The notes under the pieces: generated by a model
What the model was told of the DNA's origin: nothing
The model's database searches: none
Seen by the model: only the letters and a program-made list of their open reading frames with translations
Part shown: in pieces, positions 54,718 to 64,000 of the stretch
How positions within the stretch are numbered: position 1 is the first letter of the stretch
Layout: the number at the start of each line of letters is the position of its first letter
Made by a program: the position numbers and the translations under genes
DNA from: Octopus vulgaris
Lineage: Eukaryota
Assembly: GCA_951406725.2 (NCBI GenBank)
Contig: OX597837.1
Coordinates: 45,322,001-45,386,000, forward strand
DNA: 64,000 bases
Reading direction: 5' to 3'

Positions 54718-54800
54718 TTTGATAGTGACTTAGAAGTTTCGGCTTGCTCGCCTTTTTCAGGTTGTATTTTACTCTGTTTTGTTTTTCGTTTTCATATAAT
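54718..54800 (-). repeat. ~90-bp dispersed repeat with a hammerhead-like core (copy 2)
   Basis: rc: CTGAAAAA-GGC(gagcaa)GCC-GAA-ACTT(ct)AAGT-C. Confidence 0.6.
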
Positions 54801-55969
54801 CTTCCATAAAGATGGACGAAATGCCACTAAGCATTTTTCCCGGCTTGGTAACGATTTTGACAGCTCGCCGCCTTATGTAAGATCATAAGAGATGGCAGTC
54901 TATTGGTTGAAGTATCCCCCTTCTTGTCTGAAGCCTTCAGATCGTAACACGGCAACACTGAATTGTAAACTATGACTGGGCGATTAAGCTGTCTTAATAT
55001 TGCTTTTTGCACTTTAAACTGAGGAGCCTAAAGGACACGGGCTCCTACCGGACCTCGAATAGAACGCACGACTTTATGGTCGAGAGTCTATTTACGTTGT
55101 TACTCGGTGACTCGCCTTCTCACGAGTAAAATTTCACGCCACTGCAATCTTCACGCGAGAACAGTTACAGCTCGGTTTAGTGGTATATTTATGTGTCTGT
55201 GCATGTGGTCCGCTGTTTTTGTCTGTAATCTGGCTGTTATTTTAGTTCATCATCATTGATTACTTTTGGTGGTCAAGTGGTTATTTTGCTTGAATCTGTT
55301 GATCGGGTCGCGGGTTTGCATTTTCTTTTAATAATTTCTTTTAATAATTCCGCCGAGGTCGACGCTGCCTTTCATCCTTTCGGAGTCGATAAATTAGGTA
55401 CCAGTTGCTGAACTTAAAATTATCCATTTAATTAAAACTAATTTTTGGTAAAGTTTATTTTGTTGATTAGAAGACATGGCGTGTATTGCATTACGTTTAC
55501 AAATATTAATCTCATGCTAGAATGATCTATGTGCGGTATTTGCTTTGATATTGGAAGAGTTTTTCTTTTTCCTTTTAAATTGATCTGTTAAACTAATTAA
55601 AGTCATAAGGAGGTTAGGAGTTCCTCATTGAGTAAGTGATATTAGTTGCTTTTACGAACTTGTTTTTAATTTTGCTTTGGTCAAGAGTGAAGAGGATAAA
55701 GGTTTTTTTTTATGGGTGATAATCGTCTGGTTTATTAGCTGTGTTAATCTAAAGGTTTTAATTGTTTATTTTATTAGAGAATCTAGGAACGTATTATTTT
55801 TTAATTACAAACCTTTAAAAGTGTTTCTTTATGTGTACATGGTGTTTTGGTTGAGGCTTGTGGATATATTGCTTATTAATATATGTATGGCTCAGTATTA
55901 TAAGGCGGCGAACAGCTTCTTTACGTTTTGAGTTCAAATCCCGCGGGGTCGACTTGTCTTTCCTCCTTT

Positions 55970-56318
55970 CTTTTTTGGTAAAGGGAAAAATGCCTCACAA
56001 GCAACCAAAGAAATATGCGCATTTTACGGTGATGTTTCTTTATCCGAAAGAACTGTACGGAAGTGGTTCGCAAGGTTCCGAGCTGGAGATTGTAGCCTTA
56101 TTGATAAAGCGATTAGGCAGACCATCCACTGCAGGTGATGGCCAAATCAAGTCATTAATTGAGAATAACCCACGTTGCACAACCTGAGAATTGGCAGAAA
56201 GCCTCAACCTATCAAAATCCGTCGTTCATGAGCTCCTGGTAAAGCTTGGGTAATGGCAAGTATTTATTGACCTTTTTCTTTCCTTTAAAAATTGGCACGA
56301 ACTTTCCGGACAACCCAA
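55970..56318 (+). mobile_element. Internally deleted mariner (N-terminal HTH region plus right TIR)
   Basis: KGKNASQATKEICAFYGDVSLSERTVRKWFARFRAG..GRPST..IKSLIENNPRCTT*ELA; ends gcacgaactttccggacaacccaa|TA. Confidence 0.85.
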
Positions 56319-56349
56319 TATAATACGAACACACATAATACCACAGTAT

Positions 56350-56740
56350 AATACTTTCTGCTATAGCACAATGCCTGAAGTTTGGGGAGGAGAGGGTTAG
56401 TCGATCACATCGACCCCAGTACCTGACTGCTACTTAATTTATCGACCCCGAAGGATGAAATGCAAAAATCGACCTTGGCAGAATTTGAACTCGGAACGTA
56501 AAGACTGGCGAAATACAGCTAAGAATTTTGCCCGGCGTGATAACGATTCTACCAGGCCACTGCCTTATAATACCAACATATATTGGTTTCAAAATTTTGG
56601 CACAAGGCCAGCAACTTCGGGGGTGGAGGGATAAGTCGCTTACGTCCATCCCCAGTTCACAACTGGTACTGATTTTATCGACTCCGATTGGACGAAATGT
56701 AAAGTCAGCGTCTGTGGAATTTGAACTCAGAAAGTAGACA
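56350..56740 (-). mobile_element. Two SINE family B copies
   Basis: atcgaccccgaaggatgaaa...gaatttgaactc; cccggcgtgataacgattct. Confidence 0.75.
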
Positions 56741-56762
56741 AACGAAAAAGACCCAAATCATT

Positions 56763-56836
56763 TGGCCAGTGTAGGGCTGGAACCCATGACATTCGTGTTG
56801 TTAGCGCGACGCTCTAGCCAACTGAGCTAACAGGCC
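56763..56836 (-). pseudogene. tRNA-Ile(AAT)-like pseudogene whose anticodon reads AAC
   Basis: rc GGCCTGTTAGCTCAGTTGGCTAGAGCGTCGCGCTAACAACACGAATGTCATGGGTTCCAGCCCTACACTGGCCA; mismatches in the acceptor, anticodon and T stems, and an altered B box. Confidence 0.8.
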
Positions 56837-57429
56837 ACACTACGATACTAACATATGATATCAGTATATACACAATACCAAGACACAATGCTGAAATTCA
56901 ATACCAATTTTTGCCAATTTAACGATGCCATTACATTATAGCATTTCTATAAAACCAATTGTTTTATATCAAAAGTAATTGACATTACAGAAGAACAAAA
57001 AACAAAACGATTTTTTTTATTCTTTCTGAAATTTCGGTAAAAGACAATTCTCTTCTTTTGTTTTATTTTGGTATTATTTTGTCTTTACTAATGTCGTTGT
57101 TATTGTTGTTGTTGTTGTGGCTGCTTTTGTGAAAGATTCTAACGAATCGCTGGAATTAGTTCGCAACTTTACCGGAATCAATAAGTCTTTTACAGCTTCC
57201 TTGTTTGTTTTTTGTAATCATCTTATATTGTTTTTTGCATGTTTTTTGTTTTTGTTTTTCATTCCTAGTATTTGTCTTCAATTTTACACTTGTCCTGATG
57301 TAATTCCTTCAACGAAGATACGTGTCTGTAGTATCTGAGTATTTGTGTCAATGTACACACACACACACATACATACATACATACATACATACATACATAC
57401 TTACATACATTCATTCATACATACATACA

Positions 57430-57462
<33 letters not shown>

Positions 57463-57465
57463 GTT

Positions 57466-57502
<37 letters not shown>

Positions 57503-57799
57503 ATGTGTGCATGTATGTAAGGCAGCGACCTGGCAAAACCATTTGTACGTCGGGCAAAAGATGCTTAGCGGCATTTCTTCCTACACTTTACGTTCGGAGC
57601 AAACAAACCAACACCGGTCGTCAAACAAGGGGTAACAAGCAAACACCCCCCCACACACACACACACACACACACATACACACACACACACGAATGCGAGG
57701 GCAAGCGAAAGAAAGTGGCACTCTACAATTCCATGCGACTTAATGTTTAATAGAATCACTCAAGGAGCTCCAAACACTAGCTTAATAATGGTTGCCAAA

Positions 57800-58436
57800 C
57801 TAGGCAAAAGGCCAGTTATTTTGAGGAGACGAGACTATTTTATTCACTGTGGAGGGATGAATGGCAAAGAAGATTTTAGTGGGACTTGAACTCAGAATGT
57901 AAAGTGCTGGAACTAAATCCGCGAAGCATTTCTTCCGATGCTCTAAAGATTCTTTCAAGTTGCGTCTTCACGCCTACATAATAATGGCTTCAAATTTTAG
58001 CACAGGCTTAGCAGTTTGGACGTAGAAGCTAAGTCGATTAAATCGACCTTAGTGCTCACCTGGTACTTATTTTATCGACCCAGAAAGGATGAAGGACAAA
58101 GTCGATCCCAGCAAAATTTGAACTCAGAACGTAGCGGCAGATGAAATACCTATTTCTTTACTACCCACAAGGGGCTAAACACAGAGAGGACAAACAAGAA
58201 CAGACAAACGGATTAAGTCGTTTACATCGACCCCAGTGCGTAACTGGTCCTTAATTTATCGACCCCGAAGGTATGAAAGGCAAAGTCGACCTCGGCGGAA
58301 TTTGAACTCAGAACGTAACGGCAGACGAAATACCGCCAAGCACTTCGCCCGGCGTGCTAACGTTTCTGCCAGCTCGCCGACGGGCGAAATACCGCAAAGC
58401 ATTTTACCCGACGTACTGACGATTCCGCCAGCTCGC
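57800..58436 (-). mobile_element. SINE family B cluster
   Basis: Tandem bodies as at 1340-1935; head (rc) ends at about 58379. Confidence 0.85.
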
Positions 58437-58864
58437 GGCTTTGCAGCTACTTAATTTTTTTTAAATAATGGAAATTTAGACAGTATATTTCAACAGAAAT
58501 ATGTTAGCAAAGGGTTAAGTATGAAGATATAAGCGATATGAAATGTAAGTGATGGCAAATATAAGCCATCTGTTTCGCCATCAATTGCTTAACGTACGGA
58601 AACGTGCAAGTTTTCTGTAAAGACGCGAGAAATGTCAACTTCGAATAAATATTGACAATCATGATGACAGTCGCGACTGCGATGACGACAATCACAACGA
58701 CGATATTGATTATGACGATGATAATGATGGTGATGGTGGTGTTGGTGTTGATGTTGGTGTTGGTGGTGGTGGTGTGGTGGTGGTGATAATGATGAAGTCG
58801 AAGGCGACGGAGACGGTAAAGCACGTAATGATGACAGACGTGCAAATCTTACAAAGTACGCGAC

Positions 58865-58926
<62 letters not shown>

Positions 58927-59095
58927 TATTCTTTATTACTTTTACACAAACACATTTACACACATTCGCACACACTCACACACACACACACACGTTTGAA
59001 CAGACGCATTCACAACGATGCACATACACACGCATGGGACGTCCATCAACGACGTGCAACAGAAACTGATAAAAAATGCATATTAATGCTAATGC

Positions 59096-59156
<61 letters not shown>

Positions 59157-59991
59157 CATTGAAATAAAGTACATAAAAGTAGAAATAAATATAATTTAAA
59201 TAAATATATTGAAAATGGAAACAAAAGTAGACAAAAGTGAAAACGAAAGTGAAAGCAAAACCAAAAATAGTTTTAATCTGTAGAGTTTCCGTCTCATTAA
59301 CTGTGATTGAATTTAGTTCAATGGCGTCTTTTTATCTCTCGTTTCTTCTTGTGTTTTTGCCATATTGCTTCTCACGCTTTCTTCTTTGTCATATCGCTCC
59401 TTTCTTGCACACACACACACACATACACACATTGATACACATATGTATAAATATAAATATGTATATATATACATATATATATAGATATGGGAGGGATGAA
59501 TGGATGAATGTGTATGTGTATCTATCTTGGTTTGTTATATATTAATATATTTATATATCTCTCAATATGAAATTTAAATAAATATATCATTCTTTTCAGC
59601 ATGTTATATGTGTATGTGTGTTACACATATGTGTATACATGCATATGTGCGTATGTACTTTAAGTAAATGAATATATAAAAATATATATGTATATAATAT
59701 GTAAGATATATATATATACATGATATATAATATGTGTGTGTGTGTGTGTGTGTGTGTGTACAGAGATATACACATGCATATACATGTGTATATGCGTGTA
59801 CATGTGCACGTAGGAACCATGACTGACAATATGTAACCATCCTCCCGTCTTCCTCCTTAGCTCCCACTTTCCTCATTGTATATATATATGTATGTATGTA
59901 TGTATATATATATATATGTATGTATGTATATATTTACATATATATATACATGACATGCATATAAGTATATATATATATATATGTATGTATG

Positions 59992-60046
<55 letters not shown>

Positions 60047-60355
60047 GTAGGTGTGCGTCTGCGTTGCTCATGTAAGTCTTGTGTCTCTCGTCTTCCTTCC
60101 ACACCAGTCTGTAATCAATGCTAAGCTTGTCTTACTTCACAGCTTCTGCAACGCCAACTGCGTTCTCTATGCAAAGTCGTATCGTGTCCTAAATATCAGA
60201 GACACGTGCCACAAGCTAATAAAGGAAATGCATTTTAGCCAGAAGACTTTTACCAGATAATAGATAAACGCAGACAGTGAATATGGCTGTTTCTTTCACA
60301 ATGATTTATAAAGAATGTGTTTATTTCTTTTGTCTTTCTATGCTTGTTTTTGTGC

Positions 60356-60425
<70 letters not shown>

Positions 60426-60684
60426 AGGGAAGGGAGCTTGTGTGCTCTGCTCTCCTTAAATTCTTCTAATCAGTAGGGGAATTGGTAAAAAAACAAATAT
60501 CATGACCATGATCCTAGCGTATCTTCTGCTTTCATTGAACGATTTGCAGCTTCTACTGGGTAACTTGTGGACCCTAAGACCCTAATAATTGCCTCAAATT
60601 TTCTACTAATGCGGCACACACACACATACACATGCACGTATATATATATATATATATATAAGGAAAACTCTCTTTCTCTCTCTC

Positions 60685-60720
<36 letters not shown>

Positions 60721-60723
<3 letters not shown>

Positions 60724-61640
60724 GGTGACCCAAAAGTAGGTTTACAGTTATCACATAGGCACTTTAAATTTCTTTTAAAACATGTTATTATATTTAGATG
60801 TCTATCCTGTAATCATATTGTATATGCAAATCTCTGCACATGAAATAGACAATGTTTAATCTCTCGGATGCTCGAAATGTCCTCCTTCAATATTGCAAAA
60901 TTCTTCAAACCTCTTCAGAACACTCTGGCACACAGTGCGGAACAAATTCCGATCTACATCAATTTTAGTGAATGAGTCAGAAATGTAATCTTTGAATTCA
61001 TTTTGTGTTTGGTGATTTTTCTCATAAACCTTGTTCTTTACAACACCTGCCAAAAACAGAAATCCATTGGTGTCAGGTCAGGTGAGAGTGGTGGCCATTC
61101 CATCCTGTCCCCTCTTCCGAACCAACGCTGTGGAAAGGCTTGGTTAAGGAAGTCTCTTTCTGTCAACGCATAATGTGGAGGTGCTGCATCTTGCTGAAAT
61201 ATCAGTTCATCAAAGTTAGCTTTGGTTCTGAGATGTGGTACTACCACATCACGAAGTATTTCCAAGTAGTTCTCCCCATCTACTGTAATGATGTTCTTGT
61301 ATGGATAGTTCTAGAGAAGCACGTCGTGTGGAATTCTTTGGACTGTTCACAAATGTCATAGCCACTAACATCTCATTTTTTTTTCATCACAGAAGTCTTT
61401 GGGCGTCCAGCTTTTGTTGCGATACTCACTGTGGTATCAAATTTATTCCTTACCCGATGAATTATCCGTTCTTAAGGGGGAGGGGTGTGAAAGGCCTCTT
61501 GTCACACTGTGTGCACCTGCTCGGCATTTTCAGACTTCCAGTACTGTTTTTAGTATCCACTTTCTTTGCTCTTGATTTAAATTATTTGCCATGGCTCACA
61601 CTTTACAGTACCTGTAAAAAATTAAAAAGAAACAATTATA
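60721..61640 (-). mobile_element. DD41D (rosa/Visitor-type) Tc1/mariner transposon, decayed
   Basis: TIR TA|CAGGGTGACCCAAAAGTAGGTTTACAGTT. ATG at 61592 gives MANNLNQEQRKWILK/QYWKSENA. FQQDAAPPHY...WPPLSPDLTPMDF has 41 residues between the two Asp. C-terminus NIEGGHFEH. Confidence 0.9.
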
Positions 61641-61649
61641 ATTCGCTCA

Positions 61650-62045
61650 AGGTAACGATGTGGCAAAGGGCGTTGTTGTCTGGAAGGATCATGTCGTGTT
61701 GCCGGTCGATTGGTTTCTGCTGGCTTACACAGGTGATTCTATTATGAAAGCGTCCTTTTTCTGGGGCAGTACCCTCGTGAACTGGCCCGACACCTCGTGA
61801 ATGTGCTCATTCAATCGATCCTCAAGGAAATGAATAGACCGGTCTGGATTGCAAGAATTGGTGAAGTCGAAGTTTTGCTCTGTGAAGCAGGAAGGCAGCC
61901 CGCGTTGCGCTTTCAGTAACAGTAACAGCTTTCGCAACGCAAATGTTCTTAATCTGCTTTTGCAGCTTTAGAACCGTGATTAAAGGCGAAGAGAGTCAAG
62001 TGTCGAAAATGTCTTTCCTTTTCAACTTCGCACGCCATCGTCTTA
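61650..62045 (-). mobile_element. Decayed mariner transposase N-terminus
   Basis: MACEVEKERHFRHLTLFAFNHGSKAAKA..NIC..CFTEQNFDF..DRSIHFLEDRLNEHIHE..TRVLPQK matches the mariner HTH region. Confidence 0.75.
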
Positions 62046-62280
62046 TGTCAAAAAGGAGGTGACGTATATTCAGACTTCAAAGACGATAAACAAAAGTTCT
62101 AAAGGAAGAATAGAGCAACAAAAAATAAAGTGAAGGAAAAGAACATAAAATGTATGACGAAAATATTTTCCATGCAAATTCAAACAACATCGAAAAGAAA
62201 CGAACGAATTTATCAGAAAAACCCAATAATTTTATACGTATGTAGTGAATGCTGCTTCTCTTGTTTCTAATAAGAAACGG

Positions 62281-62346
<66 letters not shown>

Positions 62347-62436
62347 TTGTATTCGTTCAATGAATCTGCGTGAGAGAGAAAAATATTTGAAGCTTGCTCG
62401 TTTTTCAACAAATTTTTACGGAAAAATATACAATAT

Positions 62437-62523
<87 letters not shown>

Positions 62524-62839
62524 CATACAACCTTTCAGTAGTTCCATGGTGATTAGTCAGCTGTTTCACAGGCAGCTTTCAAGCTTTTATATTCAAAGAT
62601 TTTTTTTTAAAAAAACAATATTCTGCAACACGCTAATATTTATACCCTTATCTACTTCGAGTTGGACCGTTAAAAAATAATGTAACTCATATCTCTCCAG
62701 CATTCAATATTTTTATAATGTTTACATACACATACCTACAAATGTATGTGTGTGTATGTGGGGTATTGTAAATACTATATATATATATACATATATATAC
62801 ATATATATATATATACATATATATACATATATATGTGTG

Positions 62840-62906
<67 letters not shown>

Positions 62907-62968
62907 TATATATATATCACATATATATATATCATATATAATATCTATTACACACACACACCCACACA

Positions 62969-63023
<55 letters not shown>

Positions 63024-63179
63024 TAAATATTAGGGAATAAATCCAAATTTACAGGGAAAAAATCAGGGATTATATATAGGTTATATATGGATTATATATT
63101 TATATTTTTTCATTCATACTTTAATTATTTTAAAATTATTATTTTATATTTTAAAATATTGATATTTTAGATTGGAAGT

Positions 63180-63222
63180 CCACCTGAAGATTGTCGATCA
63201 AGACAAGAAACAATTGTAGTGG
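63180..63222 (+). ncRNA. Canonical minimal type I hammerhead ribozyme
   Basis: CCAC-CTGAAGA-TTGTC(gatcaa)GACAA-GAA-ACAATTGT-A-GTGG; complete core, palindromic stem III, predicted cleavage after A63218. Confidence 0.85.
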
Positions 63223-63309
63223 CGGTTTTTTTTACTATTTATTAAAATGTTATGTATTGATTAAGTCTTTCCTTGTTTGTTTTGCAAAATAGTGGTTTTG
63301 TCTCTAATA

Positions 63310-63340
<31 letters not shown>

Positions 63341-63684
63341 GTAACTATATGCATTTGTTTCTACGTGTAAAAGTTTCCCAAAAGCAGAACATGCATACAA
63401 ACATGCGAGACCGACCCATTTCTACCAAGCATTGTTCGTTTCTTTCATTCTTCCTATCTCCGCTAGCAGTTTTCTAACTAGAAACAACGCCGTTATCTAC
63501 CCGTTCGATAATAATTTCGACATTCCCTGCAGAACCAAAGATTGCTACTTATCTCTAAGTTTAGGCACAATAGGAAGATTGTTTTAAGTTTTTGAAAGAT
63601 GGAGTCAGTACTTATATGTCGGTATGTATGAATACATGTTTAGTTACATACATACATACGTGAACTGCTAGACATATATGTATG

Positions 63685-63730
<46 letters not shown>

Positions 63731-63831
63731 TTTATATATATATATATATGTATACATGTATACATATATGTATATATATATGTGTGTGTGAATATATACT
63801 TATGCATATATATATGTGTGTGTGTATGTGC

Positions 63832-63867
<36 letters not shown>

Positions 63868-64000
63868 GTATATATGTATGTATGTATGTATGTATAGTTG
63901 AACTTTAAAGAAAAACAAAAGACGAACACAAATGTATGAATAACAAGTAAGTGTATTAGTTTGACGCTAGGGAAAATGAAAATGTCTTTTAAGTTCCGAG

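Noticed and set aside
55019-55046. CTGAGGA followed by a GGAGCC/GGCTCC hairpin
   Set aside because: There is no GAAA or stem III, so it is not a hammerhead.
61725-61937. Apparent host exon ending in a GTAAGC donor
   Set aside because: The translation aligns with a mariner transposase N-terminus.

Overview
AT-rich eukaryotic non-coding DNA saturated with microsatellites ((TA)n, (CA)n, (CATA)n, (TAGA)n, (TAA)n, (CAC)n). The SINE repertoire and repeat style point to a coleoid cephalopod, most likely Octopus (my recognition, not database-verified). I found no convincing host gene, and almost all listed ORFs are translated microsatellites. Identifiable content: four tRNA-derived SINE families, one building tandem arrays and one whose tail forms a 126-bp array with strict A/B alternation; decayed Tc1/mariner-superfamily transposons (Tigger/pogo, mariner, DD36E, DD41D); MITEs; R4/Dong-type LINE fragments; a Penelope-like RT fragment; and a tRNA-Ile-like pseudogene. 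The most notable signal is a set of minimal type-I hammerhead ribozyme (HHR) motifs in short elements lodged in (TA)n tracts. These are a canonical motif at 63180-63222, a family with a compensatory G3-C8 core swap (two copies), a U4C variant and several decayed motifs. All folds were done by eye, and element boundaries are approximate.
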